DNA of 64,000 bases from an uncultured delta proteobacterium (lineage in GTDB: Bacteria; Desulfobacterota; Desulfobacteria; Desulfobacterales; B30-G6): NCBI GenBank assembly GCA_963823335.1, contig CAWGLD010000001.1, forward strand, positions 576,001 through 640,000, in the 5' to 3' direction. How positions within the stretch are numbered: the first letter of the stretch is position 1; every line of letters starts with the position of its first letter. The notes under the pieces are model-generated. The model did no database searches. It was not told the DNA's origin and saw nothing but the letters and a program-made list of their open reading frames with translations. A program made the position numbers and the translations under genes. Of the stretch, positions 1-9,366 are shown one piece after another.

Positions 1-241
1 CACGAATTCGAGATCGGGAAGTATCGATGTCGCCCAGATGGAAAAGAGAACAGGCAATTTCGCAGAGCCTGCACCCATTGCACTTTTGTGGATGAATTGT
101 AATGACTTTCTGTGAGACGTGCGCTTCTTCCGGCCGTGGGGCCAGCACGTTAAAGTCACCGTTTTTCAGTCGCTCCACGATATCTTCCGGGAGGCTGCTT
201 TTTGTCTCCTGGCCAGCTTTGCAGAAACGCGTGTCGATCAT
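1..241 (-). CDS. 4Fe-4S dicluster protein, N-terminal part (runs off the window); not in the ORF track
   Basis: Manual translation from ATG at 241: MIDTRFCK...VITIHPQKCNGCRLCEIACSLFH...SRSRIR (CxxCxxCxxxC). AGGTGA RBS upstream. Paralogous to 2847..3344. Confidence 0.85.
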   Translation of the reverse strand, partial: MIDTRFCKAGQETKSSLPEDIVERLKNGDFNVLAPRPEEAHVSQKVITIHPQKCNGCRLCEIACSLFHLGDIDTSRSRIR

Positions 242-573
242 GTTGGATCACCTATTTCGTCACAACTTATTGTTCATTATATTGAACGCAATATGACAGT
301 ACTTTATCGACTAAAATGAATCCTTGTCAACTATAAAATGATAGATTACAGCTCTTGTCATACGTATGTTCCGTTTGGCCTATTTGCAAAACAAGCGTTT
401 GTTTGAAGTTGTTTGCCGAAGCAGCTTCGGAACGTTGTTCTGACAAACTGTCTACAGGGATTATGTGTATTTTGCCCTTGACACCGGGGCCTGTTTTCAA
501 CTATAACCACACCATAATAATTCATCCTAATGAACAAACCCTTTTTGTGAAACAAACAGATGAGGAGCATGCC

Positions 574-879
574 ATGGCCATCGACTCAAAAAATCTATCA
601 TCAGCCGAATCGTTACAGAAAGCCCGCACCTTCGGCAAAATCAGATGCCACAACCCCAGCTGCATGGAAAGGATGGAGCCGTCTCCCGGCGACGATCACG
701 TCAAATGCGCAACCTGTGGCATGGAGTTTCGGCTCTTCTGGGTGCGCCCGGACCTGCCGCGAATCCGCGGACCGGTCTGGGATGTCAATCGTAAAATTGC
801 GGAGCAGAAGTTGGCCGAGAAATTAAAAAAAGCCAGCCCGGTCTCAAAGAAAAAAATCAAAAAAGAGGGGGTATCCTAA
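574..879 (+). CDS. Small Cys-rich (Zn-ribbon-like) protein, 101 aa
   Basis: GAGGAG RBS before ATG 574; CHNPSC...CATC motif; Lys-rich tail; ends 1 nt before the AOR start. Confidence 0.8.
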   Translation: MAIDSKNLSSAESLQKARTFGKIRCHNPSCMERMEPSPGDDHVKCATCGMEFRLFWVRPDLPRIRGPVWDVNRKIAEQKLAEKLKKASPVSKKKIKKEGVS

Positions 880-880
880 G

Positions 881-2821
881 ATGGCATTAGATCGAAAAAT
901 TGCATACATCGATCTTTCCGAAGGCAAGATTGAATCCAAGCCGATCCCGATTGAAATTCGAAAAAAATACCTGGGTGGCCGGGGGCTCGATGCATACCTG
1001 CTGTACAACCATGCGCCCAAAGGGTGTGATCCTCTGGGTCCTGAAAACCCATTATTGATCAGCGGCGGCATTCTTACGGCAACATGCGCCTCAGCCACGG
1101 CCCGGACACACATCATGGCCAAATCACCCCTGACCGGTCTTTTGGGAAGTGCCAACATGGGCGGATTCTTTGCCCCTGAACTGGCATGGGCCGGCTATCA
1201 TCACCTGGTCATCACAGGTAAGGCAAAAAAGCCTGTATATATCTGGATTCACAACGGCACCATCGAAATTCGTGACGCCGCGCATCTGTGGGGCAAAACG
1301 ACCACGGAAACCCAATGGGCCATCCGTGAGGAACTGAATGACGATGAAATCAAGAGCGCCGTTATTGGTCAGGCCGGTGAAAACCTGGTGCGCTATGCCA
1401 ATGTAATGACCGGCGTCAAAAATGCCGCCGGCCGGACAGGCATGGGCTGCGTCATGGGATCGAAAAACCTGAAGGCCGTGGCCGTACGCGGAACCATGGA
1501 CATCAAAATCGCCCACCCCATCGAAGCCCTGGACCACAATAAACGCTTCATCGATCAGATCACCAGCGCCAAGGTAAACAAAACCCAGGGCACATTGGGC
1601 ACGCCTTTTATATGGGGGGCTACCAACAGCTGGGGTGGTGTGCGCAACCGCAATTTTCAATACAACCAGCTTGAAAACGCCGACGACATCGAGCCCGAAA
1701 GAATCGACGAGATCGCCACGGAAACCATGGGGCCCTACCACATGGCGGGATGTTTTGGCTGCCAGGTCCATTGCCGGGCCCAGTACAAGATTCCATCGGG
1801 ACCCTATGCCGGAAAGTACGATGAGGGTCCGGAATACACATCCCAGGGAGCCTTCGGGGCTGAACCGGACTGCACAAAAGCGGAAACGGTTCTGACAGGC
1901 AATCACCTGGTCGATCAGTACGGTGTGGACAACCTGGAGATCGGCAGCCTCATCTCCTGGGCCATGGAGCTTTTTGAACTTGGCATCATCACCACCAAAG
2001 AAACCGATGGGCTGGACCTTCGATTCGGCAATGACGAGGCCCTGCTGGAAATGATTCACCGCATCTGCCAGCGCAAGGGCTGGCTGGGAGACGCCCTGGC
2101 CGACGGCGGCATACCGGCATCCCAGAAGATCGGTAAAAAATCCTTTGATTATCTGATCCAGGTCAAAGGGATGAGCAATCTGCACTCCGACGAACGCGGT
2201 ACACCTGCCCTGGCCCTCAATATTGCCACGGCTTCCCGCGGCTCCGATCATCTGCGCAGCCGACCGGCCATCGATCTCTATCATCTTCCCGAAAAAGTGC
2301 TTCGCAAGATATATGGCAGCCCGATTCCCTATGAAGGCCCCCTGAGTTCGGAGCACACCGAATACATCGGTAAACCCTGGCAGGTTTTCTGGCAGCAGAA
2401 CTGTTATATGGCCGTCGACTGCCTGGGAATCTGTAAATACCACACGGTGTTTTTAGGCGCGACCCTGCCCAACTTCGAAGACTGGCCCAAGGTGATCTAC
2501 TACAACACGGGTCTTGAATTTACACCCCGGGAGTTATGGGAAATTGCCGAACGCTGTAACAATATCGAGAGGTTGTACAACCTGAGAGAAGGACTTGAAC
2601 GGGATGATCCTGTCAAAGGCGACACGCTCAATCACCGCTATTTCGATGAGCCCTTACGAAGAGGGGCTCCTGACATTGTCGGACTGACAATCGATCGAAA
2701 AAAGTTCAAAAAAATGGTGGATGAATTTTATACCCATAACGGTTGGGACAAAAAAGGTGTCCCAACACCCGAAACCTTGCGTCGGCTTGGTCTGGACCAG
2801 GAACCAGCCCACCTACTATAG
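881..2821 (+). CDS. aor: Aldehyde:ferredoxin oxidoreductase family (W/Mo-pterin)
   Basis: LGGRGL, KSPLTG, GRTGMGCVMGSKNLKA, CFGCQVHC and DCLGIC motifs; 646 aa. Confidence 0.95.
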   Translation: MALDRKIAYIDLSEGKIESKPIPIEIRKKYLGGRGLDAYLLYNHAPKGCDPLGPENPLLISGGILTATCASATARTHIMAKSPLTGLLGSANMGGFFAPELAWAGYHHLVITGKAKKPVYIWIHNGTIEIRDAAHLWGKTTTETQWAIREELNDDEIKSAVIGQAGENLVRYANVMTGVKNAAGRTGMGCVMGSKNLKAVAVRGTMDIKIAHPIEALDHNKRFIDQITSAKVNKTQGTLGTPFIWGATNSWGGVRNRNFQYNQLENADDIEPERIDEIATETMGPYHMAGCFGCQVHCRAQYKIPSGPYAGKYDEGPEYTSQGAFGAEPDCTKAETVLTGNHLVDQYGVDNLEIGSLISWAMELFELGIITTKETDGLDLRFGNDEALLEMIHRICQRKGWLGDALADGGIPASQKIGKKSFDYLIQVKGMSNLHSDERGTPALALNIATASRGSDHLRSRPAIDLYHLPEKVLRKIYGSPIPYEGPLSSEHTEYIGKPWQVFWQQNCYMAVDCLGICKYHTVFLGATLPNFEDWPKVIYYNTGLEFTPRELWEIAERCNNIERLYNLREGLERDDPVKGDTLNHRYFDEPLRRGAPDIVGLTIDRKKFKKMVDEFYTHNGWDKKGVPTPETLRRLGLDQEPAHLL

Positions 2822-2846
2822 ATTATGGAATGGAGAGGAAAAGACA

Positions 2847-3344
2847 ATGGAGAAAGTTCTATCTGTCGATTTTCAGAAGTGTACCGGTTGCCGTTTGTGC
2901 GAAATCATATGTTCGGTGATGCATGACGGTGTTTCCAATCCCGCCAGAAGCAGAATCAGGATCGTGAAATGGGAAGATGAAGGCCAATATATTCCCATGA
3001 TCTGCCAGCAATGTGAGGATGCGCCCTGTCTGAATGTCTGCCCGGTGGGGGCCATATCCAGAGATGCGGATTACGGCTTTTTATCTGTCGACTACAATAC
3101 CTGTATCGGTTGCCGTTCATGTGTGAGCGTCTGCCCTTTCGGGGCCATGAACTATACCAGAATCGACAAAAAGATATTCAAATGCGACCTGTGCGGAGGG
3201 GATCCGCAGTGCGTGCGATTCTGCGAGATGAAGGCTGTGGATTATATTCCATCTGATCGTATGGGTGCCGAAAAGAAAAGAGATGCGGCCACGCGTTTTT
3301 ATGCCGCTCAAAAAAAGGCCACAGCACTCCAGGAGCCCTTTTAA
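2847..3344 (+). CDS. 4Fe-4S dicluster electron-transfer subunit
   Basis: Four Cys motifs (CTGCRLCEIIC, CQQCEDAPC, CIGCRSCVSVCP, CDLC...PQC); RBS before ATG 2847. Confidence 0.93.
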   Translation: MEKVLSVDFQKCTGCRLCEIICSVMHDGVSNPARSRIRIVKWEDEGQYIPMICQQCEDAPCLNVCPVGAISRDADYGFLSVDYNTCIGCRSCVSVCPFGAMNYTRIDKKIFKCDLCGGDPQCVRFCEMKAVDYIPSDRMGAEKKRDAATRFYAAQKKATALQEPF

Positions 3345-3359
3345 CACGGCAAATAAAAA

Positions 3360-4802
3360 ATGGGCATCAACACAATCAAATTACGTTCCGTAGGTATCGA
3401 TGTCGGCAGCTCGACGTCGCATCTGGTATTCTCGAATCTGGTGTTGGTGAGGGATGAGATGTCCCCCTCCCGTCGCTTTAAAATCGAGCGCAGAGAGGTG
3501 ATTTATGAAGGCCGGATCATCGACACACCCCTGCACGACAACGATACGATTGACATCGATCGATTGATTGCATTTGTGAGGGATGAGTGCCGGCGGGCCG
3601 GTATCGATCCCGAAGAGATCGATACCGGTGCGGTGATCATCACGGGAGAAACGGCAAAAAAGCGCAATGCGCGCGAGATCGTGGAATCGTTGTCCAAAGA
3701 TACGGGAAAATTTGTCGCAGCAACCGCCGGACCCAACTTCGAAAGCCTGCTGGCCGCCATGGGATCCGGTGCAACGACCCGTTCAAAGGACATGCAGAAA
3801 ACCATCCTGTCCTGCGACATCGGCGGTGGAACCGCCAACATGGCCATCTCCGTCAATGGGGAGGTTGTCTCCACAAGCTGTATTTCTGTGGGTGGAAGAT
3901 TGCTGGCCATAAATTCCGACGGTACTATCCGCAAACTGGACAGACCTGCAAGAAAGATCATGCAGCATATCGGGCTGACCTACGACGTGGGGGATCGGAT
4001 CCCCAAAGCGGATATGGGCAAAATCGCGTCATGCATGGCCGACGTGCTGATGGAGGTGCTCACCGGTCCTGCTGTCACGCTACTGGCCAAACAGTTGATG
4101 ACGTCGCCCTCCCTGGATTTCCAGCATGAAATCGATGAATACTCTTTTTCAGGGGGTGTGGCCGAATTGATCTATGGGCCACCGTCCGATTACGGCGACG
4201 TGGGTGGCATGCTTGCAGAAAAACTGATGGCCCTGTTCCCCGATCTGAAGGCACCGGTGGTCGAACCGGTGAACAAGATCCGGGCCACCGTCATCGGTGC
4301 GGGAGCCTATTCATTGTCTATCTCGGGCTGCTCCGGATTTATGGATGAAAAACTGACCTTCCCCTTAAAAAACATTCCTGTGCTCAGGGTCGATGTAGAG
4401 CGCTCAAAACTGTCCGTCGAGCATGTCGTCTCCCAGGTAAATCTGGCCTATAAACGATTCGACTTACACGAAGGTGAAGAGACCGTGGCCCTGTACTTCA
4501 AAGATCCGGTTCAGGCATCCTATCCACGTCTGGAGCTGTTTGCAAAATCGATCGAAGCCGCCCTGGTCAATTCCATTCAAAAAAAGATACCGATCATTCT
4601 CATTTTTGAAAAAGACGTCGCCTGCAGTGTCGGAAATGTCATTCAGCGGGAAACCGGTTTGAAAACAAACCTGCTCTCTTTGGACGAGTTGCTTTTAGAA
4701 GATGGAGAATGGATCGATATCGGCGCGCCTTTGGTTCATCGCCAGGTGTTTCCCGTAACCGTGAAATCCCTTGTGTTCCATTCCGACCCTTCAACGTGCT
4801 GA
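3360..4802 (+). CDS. eutA: EutA-like (ethanolamine ammonia-lyase reactivating factor family) ASKHA ATPase
   Basis: SVGIDVGSSTSHLVFS, TGAVIITGETA, FVAATAGPNFES, DIGGGTAN, IRATVIGAG and PVTVKSLVF motifs. Confidence 0.9.
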   Translation: MGINTIKLRSVGIDVGSSTSHLVFSNLVLVRDEMSPSRRFKIERREVIYEGRIIDTPLHDNDTIDIDRLIAFVRDECRRAGIDPEEIDTGAVIITGETAKKRNAREIVESLSKDTGKFVAATAGPNFESLLAAMGSGATTRSKDMQKTILSCDIGGGTANMAISVNGEVVSTSCISVGGRLLAINSDGTIRKLDRPARKIMQHIGLTYDVGDRIPKADMGKIASCMADVLMEVLTGPAVTLLAKQLMTSPSLDFQHEIDEYSFSGGVAELIYGPPSDYGDVGGMLAEKLMALFPDLKAPVVEPVNKIRATVIGAGAYSLSISGCSGFMDEKLTFPLKNIPVLRVDVERSKLSVEHVVSQVNLAYKRFDLHEGEETVALYFKDPVQASYPRLELFAKSIEAALVNSIQKKIPIILIFEKDVACSVGNVIQRETGLKTNLLSLDELLLEDGEWIDIGAPLVHRQVFPVTVKSLVFHSDPSTC

Positions 4803-4817
4803 CAGGATTTTTCCCTG

Positions 4818-5090
4818 TTACCCCCCTGCCAGCATAAGGGTGATCTGGATTTCATCACCATCCCCTACAGGTTTCCTGAGTTCGTCAGGGTAGGTGCTTT
4901 CCAGATTGAGGTAGATTTCGATCAGCTTGTGCAAGGTTCCGTCAGCATTATACAGAACCTTTTTCATATCGGGAAAACGGCCGACCAGATCGTTGAGACA
5001 CTCTCCGATGGTCCGGCCGGCGACCTCGATGGTTTTCTGGTTATCGGTGTACCGACGATGGCTTGAATGTATGTTGACTTTGACGCTCAT
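4818..5090 (-). CDS. moaD: MoaD/ThiS sulfur-carrier protein
   Basis: Ubiquitin-like size, C-terminal AGG; start taken at MSVKVNIH. Confidence 0.88.
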   Translation of the reverse strand: MSVKVNIHSSHRRYTDNQKTIEVAGRTIGECLNDLVGRFPDMKKVLYNADGTLHKLIEIYLNLESTYPDELRKPVGDGDEIQITLMLAGG

Positions 5091-5208
5091 GTTGCAATCC
5101 TGAATCGCTGAAATTGATTTGAAACCGTTATAACTGAACCCTGTAACATGCAATATAATAAACAATTCAGATTTTTTCCATCTCTATTGTCAAAAAAGGA
5201 TCGTTTTA

Positions 5209-5997
5209 ATGTCCACCCTCGAACCGGTCACAAAACAACCGGGTTATCAAGCTCCGGCCGTTCATAAGGCTTTCCAGCTGCTTCGCACCGTCGCTGCCTC
5301 CCATAAACCTTTGGGACTCACCGAACTGGCCCAGCAGCTCGGGTACAGCAAAAGCACCACCCACGGACTGGTCCATGCGCTTTTACGGGAAGGCGCCTTG
5401 GTCCAGGAAGCCAATGGACGCGGTCTTTTCTTGGGCCCGGTGGTTTCCGACCTGACCTTTGACAGCTGGAACTACCTCAAAGTGAATGAGTTGAGCCAGC
5501 CGATTATCAATGCCATTCGCGATGCAGCCGGTGAAACGGTATTTTTCGGTGTTTTGATCAACAAACGAGTGATCATCCTGACCATCGCGGAGGCTGCCGT
5601 ACCACTGAAGATTTCCGGATCGACCGGCACCAGCATTTCACTTTTTGCCGGCGCTGTCGGTAAAGTCTTTCTGGCCGATGCAAACATTAGCGACGTAAAA
5701 CTGTTGCTGCGGAAAAATAAACTTCCACGCTACACACCGCTTTCCATCTGGAAAGAGAAAGACTACCTGCAGGAACTGGAACACGTGCGCAAGCTTGGTT
5801 ATGCCGTTGACAACGAAGAATATCTGACCGGAGTGAAGGCGGTGGCCGTGGCTCTCCACAACCAGAAGGGCCCTCCCATGGCGGTCTGGGTCGTTGGATT
5901 GTCCAGTTCCATGACCAGGGCAAAAATGGACTGGATAATCGACAGTCTTGTTGTAAAAGCTGACATGCTCCGTCAAACATTGGCCGAAAACATGTGA
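5209..5997 (+). CDS. IclR family transcriptional regulator
   Basis: APAVHKAFQLL HTH region; AVGKVFLA; GYAVDNEEYLTGVKAVAVAL. Confidence 0.93.
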   Translation: MSTLEPVTKQPGYQAPAVHKAFQLLRTVAASHKPLGLTELAQQLGYSKSTTHGLVHALLREGALVQEANGRGLFLGPVVSDLTFDSWNYLKVNELSQPIINAIRDAAGETVFFGVLINKRVIILTIAEAAVPLKISGSTGTSISLFAGAVGKVFLADANISDVKLLLRKNKLPRYTPLSIWKEKDYLQELEHVRKLGYAVDNEEYLTGVKAVAVALHNQKGPPMAVWVVGLSSSMTRAKMDWIIDSLVVKADMLRQTLAENM

Positions 5998-5998
5998 C

Positions 5999-6595
5999 AT
6001 GGAATGGAAGCGATTCATACAGGAACTTTATCTGCGGGCCGAGCCTTATCTGATAACGAGGAATGATTCCGTTCACACCCGGGTTGCCCATGGCTATGCA
6101 CTGCTTCTGCTCCAAAAGGAGGGCGGTGACCGCAACATCGTCGAACCGGCCATCATCCTTCACGATGTCGGGTGGTCGGCACTCAAACCGGAGGACATCG
6201 AGACTGCCTATGGGATTCGGGCCACGGGTGCAAAAGCGCGCGAGCTGAATCGTGTCCACGAAATCCAGGGCGCCGGAATTGCCGCAGAGATCCTCGCCGA
6301 CCTGGGTTGTGACACCATAAGCATCGACAGTATCGTAAAGATCATCGACCGCCACGATTCCGGAACGAGCCCCGATACATTGGAAGAGAAGCTGGTGAAA
6401 GATGCGGACAAACTTTGGCGTTTTTCAATAATCGGGTACTCTTACGAGTTGCAAAGGCAGGCCAGCACCCACACGGCAAGACACGCTTTTCTGTCCCAAA
6501 AGGTCGACAGCTGGTTTTTTACCCCAACCGCAAAAGCGCTGGCAGACAAAGAACTTCGGGCGCGCGACAAAGAAAACTACAAGGGTTCGATCTGA
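5999..6595 (+). CDS. HD-domain phosphohydrolase
   Basis: H...AIILHDVG...H...HD...DADKL pattern; starts 1 nt after the IclR stop. Confidence 0.9.
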   Translation: MEWKRFIQELYLRAEPYLITRNDSVHTRVAHGYALLLLQKEGGDRNIVEPAIILHDVGWSALKPEDIETAYGIRATGAKARELNRVHEIQGAGIAAEILADLGCDTISIDSIVKIIDRHDSGTSPDTLEEKLVKDADKLWRFSIIGYSYELQRQASTHTARHAFLSQKVDSWFFTPTAKALADKELRARDKENYKGSI

Positions 6596-7413
6596 CATGT
6601 GGGGCAGATGTGACTGCTGCGCTGGCCCACCAGGATGCGTTGAATGGCGGAACCACAGCGCGGGCACGCCTGCCCGCCCCGGCGGAATACCTTGAGTTGA
6701 TCGGCATTGCGGCCCTGGCGACCGGCCACCGAGTAGAAATTTCCCGCGCCACCACCCAGGGTCGTACCCATGTTTCGCAGCCCGGTACGCAGCACATACG
6801 GTATGGCCCGGTGCAGGTCAGTGATTTCTTTTTTCGAAAGTGAACAGCTGATACGCAAGGGGTGAATTATAGCCTTCCAGAGCGCTTCGTCCACGTAGAT
6901 GTTGCCCAGACCGGCAATAAATCGCTGGTCCAGCAGCAGGGGCTTGATCTGGCGTCTGCAGGCCTCGAGCATCTTGCCAAAACGGGCCGCAGTGAAGTCA
7001 TCCGCCAGAGGTTCGGGCCCCAGTTTTCCCAGGACCGTCCCGGGGTCTTTGGTGAGGAGAATGCGGCCGAACTTGCGTGTATCCTGAAAGCGCAGCTCCC
7101 TCTTTTCCCCCAGATCCAGGATCACATGTTCGTGTCTGTTACGTTCCTTGCCCTTGAGCTCCCAGTTCAGATGCCCGGTCATACGCAGATGGATCAGCAG
7201 GGTCAGGCCCTGGGACAGCTCCATGACAATATATTTACCCCGACGCGTGATCTGCTGGATCGTGTGCCCCTCGATGCTTTTACAGAAGACAGCGGGCGTC
7301 ATTTCGGCAATGGTCCTGGGCCAGTACACCCTGGCACCGGCAATACAACACCCGGCGATCTTGAGCCCGTTCAGGTTGTCCACCACCGTCTGTACTTCAG
7401 GCAACTCGGGCAT
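6577..7413 (-). CDS. mutM: Formamidopyrimidine-DNA glycosylase
   Basis: MPELPEV start, HLRMTG, GLGNIYVDE and C-terminal CPRC...CPTCQ zinc finger. Confidence 0.97.
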   Translation of the reverse strand: MPELPEVQTVVDNLNGLKIAGCCIAGARVYWPRTIAEMTPAVFCKSIEGHTIQQITRRGKYIVMELSQGLTLLIHLRMTGHLNWELKGKERNRHEHVILDLGEKRELRFQDTRKFGRILLTKDPGTVLGKLGPEPLADDFTAARFGKMLEACRRQIKPLLLDQRFIAGLGNIYVDEALWKAIIHPLRISCSLSKKEITDLHRAIPYVLRTGLRNMGTTLGGGAGNFYSVAGRQGRNADQLKVFRRGGQACPRCGSAIQRILVGQRSSHICPTCQIEPL

Positions 7414-7425
7414 GATGACGTTCCT

Positions 7426-8268
7426 TTACCTGCCCAACCGTTGCAGCTCCACCTCCACGGCAGCTGAAAAACTCTCCAGGCTGCGTTGCCGCTGCAGACG
7501 CCCGTTGATGTATACCGCGGGCGTACCCCTGACATCGGCTTCTCTGGCCCATTGCACGTCCTTTAAAATCTGATCCGTCACCTGGGCTGCCTTGCGCTGG
7601 GTGTCGAAAGCGCTCTTGTCCAGATCGAGACTGACGCGGATCTCTTCCACCTTGGCCTCATTCAGGCTGTTGTAACTGGCAAAAAGAGCATCGTGAAATT
7701 CCCAGAAACGACCCTGGGCATGGGCCGCCAGGGCGGCAGCGGCGGCTTGACGCGCAAATTTGTGACTGCGCAAAGGAAAATTTTTGAAGACGAGCTTGAC
7801 CTGTTGGGGATATTTCTCGAGCAACTGCTCGAGTACCGGCGCGAGCCGGGCGCAGTAAGGTCATTGAAAATCGGTAAAAACCACCACCGCCACGGCTGCG
7901 TCCAGAGCTCCCTTGGTGGGGGAACCGTCAACGGGAATATCCACGATGAACGTCAGGATGAGCTCCTGGATACGATTGCCGGCGGAGTTGACCAGATAGA
8001 GACGATCCTCTGCCGGACCCGCTTGAATGCCGTCCACTCCGGGATCCACCGTCAGGGTGTCGTACAGTTCGCCGGTGCTCTTGAAAATCTGCAGTTTGGC
8101 ATCTGCCGTGAGCACATAGATATAGCGCCCGTTACCCGGAACGACCAGGTCAACAGGTGTTGCCTTGAGCTGGAAGGTACGTACCACCTGGGCCTCCACT
8201 TCGGCCTGAGCCGGGGAAACCACTGCCAGTAATAAAATTAGCGATATCAGCCAATGGTGTGCTTTCAT
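7426..8268 (-). CDS. Exported DsbA/thioredoxin-like probable selenoprotein (280 aa, Sec at TGA 7861-7863)
   Basis: ORFs 7861..8268 and 7426..7824 are in the same frame; read-through gives VFTDFQ-U-PYC-ARL at the CxxC position. FPL and GTP motifs and an N-terminal signal peptide are present. Confidence 0.9.
7816..7849 (-). promoter_or_regulatory. Candidate bacterial SECIS hairpin(s)
   Basis: CCGGC-UCGC-GCCGG begins 11 nt 3' of the UGA and is followed by CUCGAGC-AGUU-GCUCGAG. Confidence 0.55.
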
Positions 8269-8600
8269 AAAAACATCCTTGATCCATTACAGGTAACGCG
8301 GGTTGCTTCACCCCACAGGTTCGGCTCATCCAGGAACGCATTGTTCCCATGTAGACATAACGCAATCGACATCAACGTCTATCATATTGTCGAAGCAAAT
8401 AAAAGCCCTACCCACCTGCCGATTGACAACAACACCCACAGCAGGTATTCTCACAACAAACACCACGCAAAGAGAAGGACGAAGGGCTTAGGAATGAGGA
8501 CTGAGTTGCTGGAAAGCGACTGTCAGCCATCAGCTGTTAGCCGACTTAAAACCTAACACCTAAAACTTAAAACCGTCTTAAACTTAAAACCAGAATTAAT

Positions 8601-9332
8601 ATGGATTCAGTTAAAAATATCACCCTCTTCGTCCAGTGCCTGGTGGATGGTCTCTATCCAGAGGTGGGAGAGGCCATGCTGACGATCTTCAAGCGTCTCG
8701 GCATCCAGGTGGACTGCCCCATGGACCAGACCTGCTGCGGCCAGCCCGCCTTCAACGCCGGTCATCGAAAGGCCGCCAGGGTAGCCGCCAGGAGGTTCAT
8801 TGAAATTTTCGAACACGCGGAGTGGATTGTCTGCCCTTCGGGATCCTGCGTCAACATGGTAAAAAACCATTATCCGGACCTTTTCGAAGATGATGCTGTG
8901 TGGGCCGAGCGGGCAAAGCAGGTGGGACAGCGAACCTATGAACTGAGTCAGTTTCTGGTGGACATTCTGAGCGTCGAGGACCTGGGTGCCGCCCATCACG
9001 GCAAAATAACCTACCATGACTCCTGCCACCTGCTCAGAGGTCTGGGTGTCGGGGAACAGCCACGGCGTCTGATACGGCATGTAAAACAGGCTGAATTTGT
9101 CGAGATGAAAGATTCGGACCGCTGTTGCGGGTTCGGGGGAACCTTTTCGGTCAAATACCCGGACATCTCAACGGCCATGGTGGACGACAAGATCCGCAAC
9201 ATTCTCGCAACCGGGGCCGATACCGTTACCGGTTGCGACATCAGCTGTCTCATGAACATCCAGGGCAGACTCAGCCGCATAGGGTCATCTATCAAGGTGT
9301 TGCATATTGCGCAATTGTTGGCAGATAAATAG
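8601..9332 (+). CDS. lutA: Lactate utilization protein A (CCG-domain Fe-S protein)
   Basis: QTCCGQP, PSGSC, YHDSCH and CCGFGGTFSVK motifs. Confidence 0.92.
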   Translation: MDSVKNITLFVQCLVDGLYPEVGEAMLTIFKRLGIQVDCPMDQTCCGQPAFNAGHRKAARVAARRFIEIFEHAEWIVCPSGSCVNMVKNHYPDLFEDDAVWAERAKQVGQRTYELSQFLVDILSVEDLGAAHHGKITYHDSCHLLRGLGVGEQPRRLIRHVKQAEFVEMKDSDRCCGFGGTFSVKYPDISTAMVDDKIRNILATGADTVTGCDISCLMNIQGRLSRIGSSIKVLHIAQLLADK

Positions 9333-9366
9333 CTGTTATAGAGGCCAAGGATCGAGAAAAGAAATT

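Noticed and set aside
375-388. Sigma54 promoter TGGCCTATTTGC
   Set aside because: GG-GC spacing is 7 nt, not 10.
355-573. N-terminal extension of the ORF-track call 355..879
   Set aside because: The RBS and ATG at 574 fit better; the extension covers the promoter region.
1124-2443. 439-aa minus-strand ORF (likewise 9422..10516 and other long shadow ORFs)
   Set aside because: Antisense shadows of well-supported genes with no recognisable motifs.
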